From an uncultured virus (IMG/VR IMGVR_UViG_3300032401_000004) (taxonomy: Duplodnaviria; Heunggongvirae; Uroviricota; Caudoviricetes), in IMG/VR virus record IMGVR_UViG_3300032401_000004: DNA of 64,000 nucleotides; one strand, 5' to 3'. A model generated the notes under the pieces. That model was not told where the DNA came from and did no database searches. It saw only the letters and a program-made list of their open reading frames with translations. Shown here in pieces: positions 1 to 9,778 of this stretch (position 1 is the stretch's first letter; each line of letters opens with the position of its first letter). A program made the translations under genes and the position numbers.

Positions 1-41
1 GGGGGCTTCCAGACCGTGAGCTTTGTCGGTAAGGTTCCACG

Positions 42-1229
42 ATGGCCGCGATTAAGCCCCACCTAGCCCAGGACGAGACTTCCGAGTTGGAGGAGCGTTA
101 CTGGGGTTGCAGCACAAGCAAGAGCCGTGGGCGTGGCTTGGGGGACGTAGAGGACCTGCTCTGCCCCACGCCGAGCGAGGTCATAGACCAGTCGCACGCC
201 GAGCTACTGACGGTCGCGTACACACGCAAGATCATCGTCGAGCAGCTGGCTGGCAGAAGCATCACGCCGACCTACAAAGCCAAAGAGGTGGCGCTCACCA
301 TTGACGAGCCCATCACCGGGCCCAACTGGAACCCGATGCCAGGAGGCATCAAGAACACAGGTCTGCTCAGCTGGACGAGCAAGATGGGCACGCCCAGCTT
401 CAGCCTGCCCGCAGGCGCATCGCAGATGGGTGGCAGCTGTCCGGGTGCAGCTGCGGGACAGAGCATCGTGCCCGACGAAGATAGGCGCAAAGCGGCGCGC
501 TTGCTTCTGCCGGTGCTCAAAGACGTCTCGCAGGTCAACATGGCGAAGACCACTTGCGAATTTTGCTACGCTGAAGGCGGCCAGTACGGCTCTGCGTCGG
601 TGCAGTACCACCAGATGGTCCGCTACGCGTGGACGCGCAAAGCGCTCACCGAAAACCTCCAAGGTAAGCACGTAGAGTCGGGGGCACAGGACTGTGCGTT
701 CGTGCAGATCATGATCGACGCGATCAACCGCACGGACTTCGAGCTGAGTCACGAGCCGGAGCACTGGGCGGGTAAGAGATTCTTTCGCTTGCACGACTCG
801 GGAGACTTCTTCTCCATCTCCTACCTCAAAGCGTGGAAGCACGTAGCCAACCACTTTCACCCGTCACGGCACCCTGTGCCGATCGTGTTCTGGGCCCCGA
901 CGCGCATCTGGGCTTTGGGCGCGCACATCATCAAGATCGTGAACGAGGTCAACGGGCAGCGTGACTCCAACCTCATCATTCGCCCGAGCGCGTATCACAT
1001 CGATCAACACGGCCCAGAGAAGCTGGGTCCTGGTTGGGCATCGCCAAGTGTCACGTACACACACGACGGCAAGATCGAAGCGGTAGGCCGCACCTTCGAC
1101 TGGGACTGCAAGGCCTACGACACCAAAGAGAGCCCGAGCTGTCGCGGCGCTGAAAATCCCGACGGAAAAACAGGTTGTCGTGCGTGCTGGATGCGTCCAG
1201 ACCTGCGCGTCAACTACACGCTGCACTGA
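42..1229 (+). CDS. GP88-like (radical-SAM-related) Fe-S protein with N-terminal GLGD motif
   Basis: Motifs SFSLPAG..CPG...CEFCYA and FRLHDSGDFFS, plus a C-terminal CxxC (CRACW). There is an in-frame stop at 30-32, so the ATG at 42 is the start. Confidence 0.65.
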   Translation: MAAIKPHLAQDETSELEERYWGCSTSKSRGRGLGDVEDLLCPTPSEVIDQSHAELLTVAYTRKIIVEQLAGRSITPTYKAKEVALTIDEPITGPNWNPMPGGIKNTGLLSWTSKMGTPSFSLPAGASQMGGSCPGAAAGQSIVPDEDRRKAARLLLPVLKDVSQVNMAKTTCEFCYAEGGQYGSASVQYHQMVRYAWTRKALTENLQGKHVESGAQDCAFVQIMIDAINRTDFELSHEPEHWAGKRFFRLHDSGDFFSISYLKAWKHVANHFHPSRHPVPIVFWAPTRIWALGAHIIKIVNEVNGQRDSNLIIRPSAYHIDQHGPEKLGPGWASPSVTYTHDGKIEAVGRTFDWDCKAYDTKESPSCRGAENPDGKTGCRACWMRPDLRVNYTLH

Positions 1230-1238
1230 GGTTTTTTC

Positions 1239-2000
1239 ATGGCCAAACGTAGAGCCCAAGAAGACACCGAAGACGAGGACAAGCCCGCTCGTAAACCCAA
1301 GAAGGGACGACAGAAGACTGTTGAGAGCGCGCTTGGCGCAAAGCCTTTCAAGCTCTGTGCGCCAGGGGATCGAGAGTGCGGCACGTTCATGAACGGCCCT
1401 CACGGCGCGCTCTTGCCGCCCGTGAACGTCAACCTGCGTCCAGGTTTCCACTACACGACAGGCACCGCGATCCCCAAGCGCTCAGCCAAAGAGCGTAGAG
1501 CTGTGGACTGCGAAGAGACACCCAAAGGCACCTTCACTGGTCGGTTGAAAAACGGCAAGCCGAGCGGCTACTGCAAAGCGTTTTCCGCGCCGTGTGGGGA
1601 CCCCAAGAAGCCTCGTGCGGGTTGCCCGGTGCAGCTGACGTTCATCGACGGCAAACCCAACTTGCGCTTCTGCGTCAAACCAGGGGAGCCCGGCTACCTC
1701 GTGCCTGTGCGCACGCCCGAAGAGGCGGACGCCCTTGCACGCAAGGCTTGCGAGAACTGGCCGAACAAGCCCAAGGCCACCGTGAAGTGGCCCACGGACT
1801 TTTTCGGCAAGAACGCTCCCGACCTCGTGGACACCGCACGACGAGCGCACCCAACGAGCCCGTGGGGCATGCCAGGTCTCGGCGACACCCAACGTGCGTC
1901 CAAGCGTCCAAACCCGGCCTGGCTCGCAGCGGGCGTCGCGATGGGCGTGATGGCCGCCGTGCTCGTCAAGAACCGACAGCCCGCAAAGGCGGCAACATGA
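1239..2000 (+). CDS. Basic, Cys-rich protein with PGLGD motif and C-terminal membrane anchor
   Basis: Operon spacing. Hydrophobic tail WLAAGVAMGVMAAVLV follows GLGD. Confidence 0.7.
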   Translation: MAKRRAQEDTEDEDKPARKPKKGRQKTVESALGAKPFKLCAPGDRECGTFMNGPHGALLPPVNVNLRPGFHYTTGTAIPKRSAKERRAVDCEETPKGTFTGRLKNGKPSGYCKAFSAPCGDPKKPRAGCPVQLTFIDGKPNLRFCVKPGEPGYLVPVRTPEEADALARKACENWPNKPKATVKWPTDFFGKNAPDLVDTARRAHPTSPWGMPGLGDTQRASKRPNPAWLAAGVAMGVMAAVLVKNRQPAKAAT

Positions 2001-2161
2001 ACGACAAGACCGAAGAGAAAGTCACGCTCGGCGACATCATGCACGAGTACCTTGGCAGTCCTCGCTCGCTCGCTGAAGCAAGTAAGCGCATGGTTGAGCG
2101 TCTCACTCCGAAGGAGCGTAAGCTTCTCGAACAGCTCCAAGCTCAGAGGAAGAAGCCATGA
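1997..2161 (+). CDS. 54-aa protein resembling sigma-70 region 3.2-4.1
   Basis: ATGA overlaps on both sides. Sequence VTLGDI...ERLTPKERKLL. Confidence 0.5.
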   Translation: MNDKTEEKVTLGDIMHEYLGSPRSLAEASKRMVERLTPKERKLLEQLQAQRKKP

Positions 2162-2457
2162 GTCACTGTCATGTCAAGTTCACCACGCATCGTCTGGGGC
2201 CGTCGGCCGTGCTGTACGACGCAGACGGCCACTCCATCAACACCATCAACTACCCCAAGGGCACGAAGCTCTCGCAGGGTAAGAAGAACAAAGCACGCCG
2301 CACCTTGATGAAGGGCTGCTCCGCGCTGTCGCGCCACGGAAGTCTCGGAGACCTCGGCTCGAAGCCTGTGCCCGTGTGGCTCGCTGGAGCCCTCGCGCTC
2401 GCCGGGGCGTGGTTCGCGTTCAATACCGTAAAAACGGCAGATCCGAACGCCAGCTAG
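2158..2457 (+). CDS. Small membrane-anchored protein (GSLGDLG before TM helix)
   Basis: ATGA overlap and C-terminal hydrophobic helix. Confidence 0.65.
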   Translation: MSHCHVKFTTHRLGPSAVLYDADGHSINTINYPKGTKLSQGKKNKARRTLMKGCSALSRHGSLGDLGSKPVPVWLAGALALAGAWFAFNTVKTADPNAS

Positions 2458-2518
2458 ACACTCACGGCTACCGTTGGTAGCCTCACTACAACGGGGCCTG
2501 TACCCCAAGGAGAGCACC

Positions 2519-2656
2519 ATGCAACGCATCAAAGGCAACCTCTGCAGAAACAACGCTGGGCGCTACGCGCACTGCCGGGCCCCCGCCTCGGGTAAAGGCC
2601 GAGCTTGCAAGTACGGCAAGATTGCCAAGAAGAACGGCTGCAAGCGAGGTCGTTGA
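2519..2656 (+). CDS. Small basic Cys-rich peptide (putative DNA-condensing core protein)
   Basis: AAGGAG RBS. MQRIKGNLC...CKRGR is K/R-rich with 4 Cys. Confidence 0.55.
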   Translation: MQRIKGNLCRNNAGRYAHCRAPASGKGRACKYGKIAKKNGCKRGR

Positions 2657-2665
2657 GAGAGCGGA

Positions 2666-3010
2666 ATGTTTCAGGCTGTTCAAGATCTGCTGCTGTCGTC
2701 GTTCAAGGCGATTCTAGGGGCAATGGCTCTGGGGGCGGCGGCCTTTGTTCGTGCCTGGTGGCAGTCTCGTGTGACGGCTTTGGAAGTGGAGAGTGTCGAG
2801 AGAGAATCCAAGGCGCGCGAGGGTCGAGGTCAAGCTCCTCTTTCGAACTACGAGAAAAAGTCTCGCGTCATGACCGCCGTACACCAAAAACTCCCAAGAG
2901 GTGTCCGGCCGCTTAACGAGGGCAACCGAGACAAGCTCGTAGAGCGTGTAGTGCCTGTGGCCAAAAAGAGAATGTCCGAGCATCCTACGCCTAACCCCAA
3001 AGCGAACTGA
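2666..3010 (+). CDS. N-terminal TM protein (holin-like candidate)
   Basis: Hydrophobic N-terminus, charged tail, close to the endolysin candidate. Confidence 0.5.
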   Translation: MFQAVQDLLLSSFKAILGAMALGAAAFVRAWWQSRVTALEVESVERESKAREGRGQAPLSNYEKKSRVMTAVHQKLPRGVRPLNEGNRDKLVERVVPVAKKRMSEHPTPNPKAN

Positions 3011-3012
3011 CC

Positions 3013-3453
3013 ATGCTCGAAGCCCAAGAATCAGTGTCGTCAGCCACGGTGGTGCCTACTGTGGCGCAGCTCACGGCCCTGCGAGAGGACATCTACCGTC
3101 GGCTCATGCTCACGGACGCTCCTGGCGCAGAGTTCGAGAAGGTCGGAAACGTCATCACTGCATGGGATGACGCCTCCAGTAAGGCGATGACCCTGGACGC
3201 CAGGGTACAATGGGCGCGCAAGCTGCAAGAGCAGAGCACCTACGTAGCCGGGCTGGAGGGGCGATACCCTGGTAAGAAAAGCAACTTTCAGGTGACGCCG
3301 GGCCCCGGCAGTACTGCTTTGCCGACCGAGAACATCACCGGCAACGTGCCGTGGTGGTACTGGCCGCTGCGCGTAGGCGCAGGCATCGGTACGGGGCTGT
3401 TGATTTACCGCACGTTACGCCCAAAACACGGTGTACTACCGTCTGACAGGTGA
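3013..3453 (+). CDS. Protein with C-terminal membrane anchor
   Basis: Tail WWYWPLRVGAGIGTGLLIY. Confidence 0.65.
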   Translation: MLEAQESVSSATVVPTVAQLTALREDIYRRLMLTDAPGAEFEKVGNVITAWDDASSKAMTLDARVQWARKLQEQSTYVAGLEGRYPGKKSNFQVTPGPGSTALPTENITGNVPWWYWPLRVGAGIGTGLLIYRTLRPKHGVLPSDR

Positions 3454-3460
3454 GAGCCCA

Positions 3461-3688
3461 ATGTTGAACCAGTTCCCGTTTCAATCCCCCTTCGCAGCCC
3501 TGCGCAACGCCTCCAAGCTCAAGCAAACCCTCCGCACGGGGGATGCTGAAAAGTCCCAGGAGGCCGTCAACAAGCTCGTGCGCGAAGGCTGCTCGGTGGA
3601 GCACATGCAGCGCCTGCTCAAGTCGGCAGGACTTAATGCAGAAGAGACGGCCACCTACGTGGCTGCTGCATATCCCGAAGCTGTCTAG
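3461..3688 (+). CDS. Hypothetical protein
   Basis: Fills the gap in the operon; ATG at 3461. Confidence 0.55.
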   Translation: MLNQFPFQSPFAALRNASKLKQTLRTGDAEKSQEAVNKLVREGCSVEHMQRLLKSAGLNAEETATYVAAAYPEAV

Positions 3689-3690
3689 CC

Positions 3691-4200
3691 ATGCGCCGTT
3701 GGTTGCCGTGGATCCTAGGGCTTGGGGGTCTAGGCGCGCTCTTGCTCGGGCGAGGCTCTTACAGCTTCGGGGGTGCCCCTGTGCGTGCAGGCGTGGACCG
3801 GGATCCGAAGAAGCTTGTGCCAGCGTTCGGCTGGCGCATCGAGAAGATTTTTCGCGCCATGCGTGCGCGAGGCTTCGAACCCATGCTCTGGGAAGGCTAC
3901 AGGACGCCTGCCAGAGCCTCGGAACTGGCTGCACGGGGCACCGGAATCTCGGACTCACTGCACGCCTACGGCATCGCGGTGGACGTCGTAGACGGCAAAC
4001 AGTGGGCGAAGGGTAAAGACCCCTGGGCCGCCGAGACAGGCTTCTGGGCAGCGCTCGGCGAGGAAGCAGAGCGCGAGGGCCTCACCTGGGGTGGACGTTT
4101 TTCCAAGCCCGACCGCACGCACATTCAAGGCGTGACTGTGGCCGAGCAATCTGCAGCCCGCGCAGCAACCGCTGTTGAGCGTGCACGCATGGTGGCGTAA
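3691..4200 (+). CDS. M15-family (L-Ala-D-Glu type) peptidase with N-terminal hydrophobic anchor; endolysin or virion lysin
   Basis: Motifs EGYRT, SLHAYGIAVD and WGGRF..PDRTH. Confidence 0.85.
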   Translation: MRRWLPWILGLGGLGALLLGRGSYSFGGAPVRAGVDRDPKKLVPAFGWRIEKIFRAMRARGFEPMLWEGYRTPARASELAARGTGISDSLHAYGIAVDVVDGKQWAKGKDPWAAETGFWAALGEEAEREGLTWGGRFSKPDRTHIQGVTVAEQSAARAATAVERARMVA

Positions 4201-4304
4201 CACAGCGCAGTGACCTTGCCGCCCAGAGTCTGGAACGGACTGCTTGTCGCACTCGCGATCGAGATTCCGATCGTAATCGCAATCCTCGTCTGCTTGAGGT
4301 GCTG

Positions 4305-4883
4305 CTAGAACGCGAACATAGAGCGACCCATGCGTTGGTTGCGCAGCGCCACATACCCGAGCCCGCCGATCACAGCGATGCCCGCAGCCCAGACGAGCCA
4401 GTTGGTCGTCTCCTCTTTGGTCTTGTCAGCTGCGCCCTCGGCAACGTCGCGCCCGGCCGCCTTCAACGCGGCAGTCACGCGAGCTTGGGCGGATTCTTTC
4501 AGCTGTTGCAGCTTGGCTTCGGCTGCCACCTGGACGTTTCGTGCTGTGTCGATGGTCGGAGCGAAGAGATCCCGCAGAGCGCCCGAGATACCGTGCGGCG
4601 CGACGTTGTAGGGGTTGGTGATGCCCGTCTTGTTGGACTCGGCGCGGTAGAGCTGGCCGTACTTCGTCCAGAACTCCTCCATGAGCGCCGACCACAGGGG
4701 AGGGATCGCGATCTTCCAGTTGCGTTCTTCGACGACCCGGTCCTGCCAGTCTGTGGCCAGGGCGTACCACGCGCCGCCGCGCATGCTCGCCTTCACGATG
4801 GCGTTGTTGAGCTGCTCGAAGTCCGACGACGACACGTCACCAAGTCCAGCGAAACCTTCAAAACGGCATGAGCAATCGAGCAT
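4305..4883 (-). CDS. Membrane-anchored protein with N-terminal GFAGLGD motif
   Basis: C-terminal TM WLVWAAGIAVIGGLGYVAL. Confidence 0.7.
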   Translation of the reverse strand: MLDCSCRFEGFAGLGDVSSSDFEQLNNAIVKASMRGGAWYALATDWQDRVVEERNWKIAIPPLWSALMEEFWTKYGQLYRAESNKTGITNPYNVAPHGISGALRDLFAPTIDTARNVQVAAEAKLQQLKESAQARVTAALKAAGRDVAEGAADKTKEETTNWLVWAAGIAVIGGLGYVALRNQRMGRSMFAF

Positions 4884-4893
4884 GATAGATCTC

Positions 4894-5256
4894 CTACTTG
4901 TCTACTGGCATGTCGATCACTTTGGCTTCGACGAACCTGGATGGTGTGCCGCCGTTGTCGGTGGCCTTGCTGATGACCGTCGAGGCCATCGCAATGCTGT
5001 CCACAATCTTCTTCCAAGGTACTGCTTTTTTGACCACGTTGCGAGCCCCGCTCTTGAACTGGGCCTGCAGCCGTTCAAAGGCCAGGGTGGCTGCGTCCAG
5101 GCGCGCGACGGCCTGCAGGTGTACCTTGCGCGCTCCTGTGAGTTCGTCTGCCTTGACGGTCTTGCTGTCCGCCATGGCGAGGTATTGCGCCTTGGTCTTG
5201 CGCCACACAATGGCGGCTTCGGCTAGTTCACGCAGAATCTGAGAAGGTGACGGCAT
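4894..5256 (-). CDS. Hypothetical helical protein
   Basis: Co-oriented ORF upstream of 4883 with phage-like codon use. Confidence 0.6.
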   Translation of the reverse strand: MPSPSQILRELAEAAIVWRKTKAQYLAMADSKTVKADELTGARKVHLQAVARLDAATLAFERLQAQFKSGARNVVKKAVPWKKIVDSIAMASTVISKATDNGGTPSRFVEAKVIDMPVDK

Positions 5257-5340
5257 GGGCTCTACTTTCTCGCAAAACTGGACCGCTGACCAGGGGCACG
5301 CCCGGTTGCCCAGGCGAACCCACCGGTCAAGGGCACGTGA

Positions 5341-5676
5341 CTAGCAGGCGCACACGCAGCAGAAGGCCTCCACCGGCAGCGCAGGCAGCTCCCAGGCCCA
5401 GCTGAACTGGGTGTCGGCCTCGGGGTAGACCGTCTTGGCCACGCGCTCCAGACGCTCCAGGAGCGACAACACGGCACGCGGCTGGTGTTGCAGGTGCCCC
5501 ATGAGACGTAGGGCGCAGTTCTGCGTGACCGGTCGCAACGTGGCGTCCTCGGCGTTGATGAGCACATGACCCAAGGGCTCGACGGTGATGTCCGAGAAGT
5601 TGCCGTTGATGAACACCTCCAGGCCGTCGAGGACAATGGCCACTCGGCGTGTACTGTTCGTGGTGAGCTGCATCAC
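5341..5676 (-). CDS. Hypothetical protein
   Basis: Start overlaps the upstream stop. Confidence 0.55.
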   Translation of the reverse strand: MMQLTTNSTRRVAIVLDGLEVFINGNFSDITVEPLGHVLINAEDATLRPVTQNCALRLMGHLQHQPRAVLSLLERLERVAKTVYPEADTQFSWAWELPALPVEAFCCVCAC

Positions 5677-5969
5677 GGGCTCATCGTTTCCGCTGTGTGG
5701 ATCTCGGCAGGTGCGTGCGTGAGCGCCTGGCTCAGCATGCCTCGAACCTCACTCAGATCCCGCTGCAGCTCCTCGATCATTTTCTGTGCTTGCAGCAGCT
5801 GCAGAGCTGCCGCGTCTTCGACGTCTACCTCGTGAGGGCAGATCACGAGCGCTGCTGCCACGAGCTTGCGAGCGCAGATGTCTGGCTTCATGCCGCGCTC
5901 GATGAGATCAATGGCGGCCTTGGCAAACTTGATTGAGACTTCACGTGCTTGGTCTTGGACGGTGGACAT
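5673..5969 (-). CDS. Hypothetical protein
   Basis: AAGGAA RBS before MSTVQDQ. Confidence 0.6.
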   Translation of the reverse strand: MSTVQDQAREVSIKFAKAAIDLIERGMKPDICARKLVAAALVICPHEVDVEDAAALQLLQAQKMIEELQRDLSEVRGMLSQALTHAPAEIHTAETMSP

Positions 5970-5979
5970 AGTTTCCTTC

Positions 5980-6363
5980 TTACAGCCCGAGCGAGCGCAC
6001 GGGCAAACTTTTGGCGTTGATGGAGCCGATGACATCCTGGAACAACTGCAGCGGCATGTGCTTGGTCCAGAGCGCATGCACTTGATCTTCCGTCATGTGC
6101 TGCATCTCGTTACCTGCGTACTTCTCCCAGCGCTCGGAGAACTGCCACGGCGTTTCGGTGGAGCGGCCTATGGCCGAAGTCCACGTCTTGTCGCCCACCA
6201 TCAGCACAATGCCCCAGACGACGTGGTGGGTCTTGCTGCACTTCACGTACGGGCTGAAGTAGATCTCTTCAGGTGTGAACCCTAGACGCCGCAGCGCGTT
6301 GTACCAGACAACGGACAGCTCGCAGAGCTGCTTGGGTTCAAGGTCTAAGCTGATGATGTGCAT
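5980..6363 (-). CDS. Hypothetical protein
   Basis: MHIISLDL..., in the operon. Confidence 0.55.
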   Translation of the reverse strand: MHIISLDLEPKQLCELSVVWYNALRRLGFTPEEIYFSPYVKCSKTHHVVWGIVLMVGDKTWTSAIGRSTETPWQFSERWEKYAGNEMQHMTEDQVHALWTKHMPLQLFQDVIGSINAKSLPVRSLGL

Positions 6364-6468
6364 GGTGGTAGAAGTGCCCCGTGTTTCACACGCTACGGGA
6401 CCAGAGCGAGCCAAAGGACCACAGCATCCTGAGGAGGAGACCAACTCGACTGCAGTCCATCGTGATCT

Positions 6469-8781
6469 TCACTGCGACGCGCGAATGATGCGCTGCAGGA
6501 GCAGCGTCTGCCGGATATTGGATCTTTTGCTGCGCGCTGCCATCTCTACTGCCGAGCGCTGACCCACGATGCGCAGGTACTTACTTGTCCTGGTGACGGC
6601 CGTGTACAGCAACTGCCTCTTCAACATTGTCTCGTGCGCGCGATCCATCACGACGACGACCTCTGGCCACTCGGAGCCCTGGCTCTTGTGGATCGTCATC
6701 GCGTACGCCAACAGCAGGTTGCCGAAGTTCGCACCGCGCAGCTCAAAGAGTTCATCTTCACGCTTGGGGTTTTTCTTGCCGTCCACGCGCATAAGCAGCG
6801 AGGTGTTCATGACGTCGCCTCTGGGCACATCCAGAGCTTCTACGTAGCCGGTGTCGCCGTTCACCAGGCCCAGGTCCGCATCGTTCTGGGTGTAGATGAC
6901 CTTGTCGCTCTCGAAGATGGTGTACTTGTCCCCGCCTGCGACGTTTGGGTAGTCCTTGGGCCGCGTGCTCGCGGGGTTCAGACGCTTCTGCACCTCGATG
7001 TTGATCGCGAAGGTGCTGGCACCTGCGTCGGGCTTCTTCATCGGGCAGAGCACCTGCAGATCCTTGAGCTGGCCTTTGGCCTTGGACTGCTCGTAGATGC
7101 TGATCACCGCTTGGATGATCTCAGCCTTGGGGTTACTGCTGCGCGCCTCAATAAACTGAAAGTCGCTCTGGTTCTTGAGCGAGGGGATCTCGCCGTTGAT
7201 GATGCGGCGCGCGTTGTCGATGACCCACGAGTCCGCGCCCTGGCGGTAGACGTTCTGCAGCCGGTACGTCGGCACCACATGCCGCTCCTTGCCGTCCACC
7301 GTGCGGCGCTTCATGACGTCCGTGAGCAGCTGCCCAGGCCCGACAGGCGGCAGCTGGTCTTCGTCGCCCACGAGCACGATGCGAGCGCTGCCGAGCGCCG
7401 AGAACAAGCTGCTCGCCAGCTCGATGTCGAGCATGGACGCTTCGTCGATCACGACCACGTCCGCCTTTACGGGGTTGTTCTCGTTGTGCTTGAAGCCGAA
7501 CGCCGTCACGCCGAACTCGTCTTCGACAGGGCCCGCGCCGAGCAGCTTGTGGATTGTCGTAGCCTCGCGGCCGGTGGTCTCGGTCATGCGCTTGGCGGCC
7601 TTGCCGGTGAAGCTCGCGAGCTTCACGACCTCGCCGTTTCCAACCATCACGTCCAAAGCAGCTTTGAGCGTGGTCGTCTTGCCGGTGCCTGGGCCGCCGG
7701 TCATGACCGCGATGGGCAACTGCGTCAGCGCGCTCGCGGCGAGCTTCTGCGAGTCGTCCAGGCGCGTGCCCTCGAACGCCAGAAGGTGCACTTGGCCCGT
7801 GCGCTGCGAGAGCTTCTGCGCGATGATGTCAGCGACGTTACGCTCCGCAGCGTCCAGCCCCTGGAGCATCACGTACCCTTGCGGGTGCAGCCACACGATG
7901 TGCTTGCTGCTGCCGACGATCTGTTGCAGCTGCTCTGCGGAGTACTGCGCGCTGTAGTTGCTGAGCAGGTGCAGCAGCTGCGCCCGCGTCAGGTAGCAGT
8001 TGCCACCCTCGCGCAGATCCGGCACCTGGAACTTGCGATCGCCCTTGGCGGCCTGCGTGAGCAGCTCGCGAGCATACGCCCGAACCACGCGGGGATCGCT
8101 GGCGGACATGCCGTAGGGGTTGCCATAGTTCAGCACGAAGTCCTTGAGCATCTGGAACGAGAAGCCAGGCAAGCTCACCAGCTCGAACGGATCGTCGAGC
8201 AGTAGCTCCTTGATGCCGCGCACCTTGGAGGCTTTCAGAGCCTTCATGTAGGCGAAGCCGAACGTCACCAGCTCCACGACGATCACGCGCTCATGCGCGA
8301 ACATCGTGTACGCTTCCTGGATCTTCTGTGCACGGGCCGAGGTGATGCCGCTGATCTCGGTCAAGCGCTCGGGGCTTTTCGCGATGACCTCGAACAAGGA
8401 TTCTCCGGGGAACTTCTTGACCAGCGCTTCGGCGCGGGCCTCGCCGATGTCAGGCAAGCGATCCATCAGCCAGAGCTTCAGGCCGTCTTTGCTGTACGGC
8501 AGGATGTTCAGCACCTTGTCGATCTTGAAGTCGTCGGCGTAGCCCGAGCGCTTGGACGGCTGCATGTGTCCAGCTGCTTCGATGACCGAGCCCTTGCCGG
8601 TGCTCTTGTCCACGACACCAATCCAGGTGGTGCCGTCGTCCATCTTCAGGATCTTGAAGTCGCTGCCGGGCTTTTGGTACACGACGCTCGTGACCTGCGC
8701 CTTGCGGTGCTCTTTGGCATCCTCCGGGGAGTCCTCGTCGTCGAAGCCTGCGAAGTCGTCGTCGTCGTTGTCGTTGGCCAT
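6469..8781 (-). CDS. recD2: RecD2-like SF1B helicase
   Basis: N-terminal OB/HhH-like segments, Walker A GGPGTGKTT, DEASM, GDEDQLPPVG, AYAMTIHKSQGSE and LLYTAVTR. Confidence 0.95.
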   Translation of the reverse strand: MANDNDDDDFAGFDDEDSPEDAKEHRKAQVTSVVYQKPGSDFKILKMDDGTTWIGVVDKSTGKGSVIEAAGHMQPSKRSGYADDFKIDKVLNILPYSKDGLKLWLMDRLPDIGEARAEALVKKFPGESLFEVIAKSPERLTEISGITSARAQKIQEAYTMFAHERVIVVELVTFGFAYMKALKASKVRGIKELLLDDPFELVSLPGFSFQMLKDFVLNYGNPYGMSASDPRVVRAYARELLTQAAKGDRKFQVPDLREGGNCYLTRAQLLHLLSNYSAQYSAEQLQQIVGSSKHIVWLHPQGYVMLQGLDAAERNVADIIAQKLSQRTGQVHLLAFEGTRLDDSQKLAASALTQLPIAVMTGGPGTGKTTTLKAALDVMVGNGEVVKLASFTGKAAKRMTETTGREATTIHKLLGAGPVEDEFGVTAFGFKHNENNPVKADVVVIDEASMLDIELASSLFSALGSARIVLVGDEDQLPPVGPGQLLTDVMKRRTVDGKERHVVPTYRLQNVYRQGADSWVIDNARRIINGEIPSLKNQSDFQFIEARSSNPKAEIIQAVISIYEQSKAKGQLKDLQVLCPMKKPDAGASTFAINIEVQKRLNPASTRPKDYPNVAGGDKYTIFESDKVIYTQNDADLGLVNGDTGYVEALDVPRGDVMNTSLLMRVDGKKNPKREDELFELRGANFGNLLLAYAMTIHKSQGSEWPEVVVVMDRAHETMLKRQLLYTAVTRTSKYLRIVGQRSAVEMAARSKRSNIRQTLLLQRIIRASQ

Positions 8782-8783
8782 GT

Positions 8784-9212
8784 TCACACTCCTGCAGCGC
8801 GCTCGGCGCACGTGGGACCGAGGCCCCGTTGAATCGACTCAGGGTCCGTGAGTGCACGGCCGCAGCGTGAGCATGCGCCCTCGTGCCAGACCTCCACGCG
8901 GTCGCTAGTCAGGTTACCCCACGTCCAGGCCCATGCCTGCGCGCTCGGGGCCGTCGGCGCGATCTTGCTCTTGCCGCCGTGGCGGTACTTGCCGTCGGCG
9001 AAGATCGTCCCAAGGAACTCGTAGTCCTCGGTGTTGTTCGGGCCGGTGAGCAGCGAAACGAAGAACGGGGGCTCACCGCTGCCGGGGCGCGGCTTGGCGC
9101 GCTTGATCTTGTAGGTGAAGCGGTCACCCGAGCGCTTGGACACCAGCGTCACCGTGGCGTTTCCGCCCAGGATGTAATCCCTGCGGTATTGTGGATCGAG
9201 CTGCCCGGCCAT
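8784..9212 (-). CDS. DUF6011-like Zn-binding phage protein
   Basis: CSRCGRALTDPESIQRGLGPTC. Preceded by an AGGAGG RBS cassette. Confidence 0.75.
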   Translation of the reverse strand: MAGQLDPQYRRDYILGGNATVTLVSKRSGDRFTYKIKRAKPRPGSGEPPFFVSLLTGPNNTEDYEFLGTIFADGKYRHGGKSKIAPTAPSAQAWAWTWGNLTSDRVEVWHEGACSRCGRALTDPESIQRGLGPTCAERAAGV

Positions 9213-9273
9213 CGTGTCCTCCTGACCCATCCAGGGTCGCGTCTTTGTGACGGTGGCCCAGGTCGCGGATTCT
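9213..9273 (-). promoter_or_regulatory. Early cassette copy 1: GAAT-N16-CGTC, hairpin and SD
   Basis: AGAAT-N16-CGTCACA ... GACCC TGGAT GGGTC AGGAGGACACG ATG. Confidence 0.7.
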
Positions 9274-9594
9274 ACCACCTATCTGAGTTTTTGCGCTCTC
9301 GCAAGCGAAAGCTCTTTCTGGGGGGTTGGGCTCGTACACGCAGGCAACCCGCTGGTTGCCAATCACGAGCCACACCTTGTTCACGTGAAAGCCTCCGTCC
9401 ATCTCCAGCTCGACGAGCATGGGGAGCGCGTTGGGGACTTCGGCGACTCGGTACTTCATCGTGAACATGCGTCACCTCCCGTTGAGGCTCACGGGATCTC
9501 CGCGAGCATTGCCAGCTTGCCGTTGATCATGCGTGACTGACACCCTTTGGCGTCCGAGCAGCGAAGCGTCGCTGGCTCGTTCGGGATCCAAGGG

Positions 9595-9708
9595 CTCAGG
9601 GGGTTCGGAGGCTTCGCGCCGCAGACCATGCAGCAGTGCTCGTCGCCCAGGACCATGGCAGCCTGCGCTTTGGCCTTGGCTTCGCTCAGCATGTGCTGTG
9701 CGAGCAGG
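9595..9708. repeat. 114-bp exact direct repeat, copy 1
   Basis: Identical to 10380-10493. Confidence 0.95.
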
Positions 9709-9778
9709 TCTCGTCTGGGGATCACGGATCCCGATGTAACTAAGTTGTCTTGTTTGCATTGTAGTCTCATTTCGTGGC

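Noticed and set aside
6634..8205. Long antisense ORFs (for example 523 aa opposite recD2)
   Set aside because: These are shadow ORFs expected from high GC at third codon positions; the opposite strand carries the recognisable motifs.
8784..8850. RGLGP in the DUF6011-like protein read as a cleavage motif
   Set aside because: It belongs to the family's own G.GP.C Zn-binding motif and lies in an early gene.
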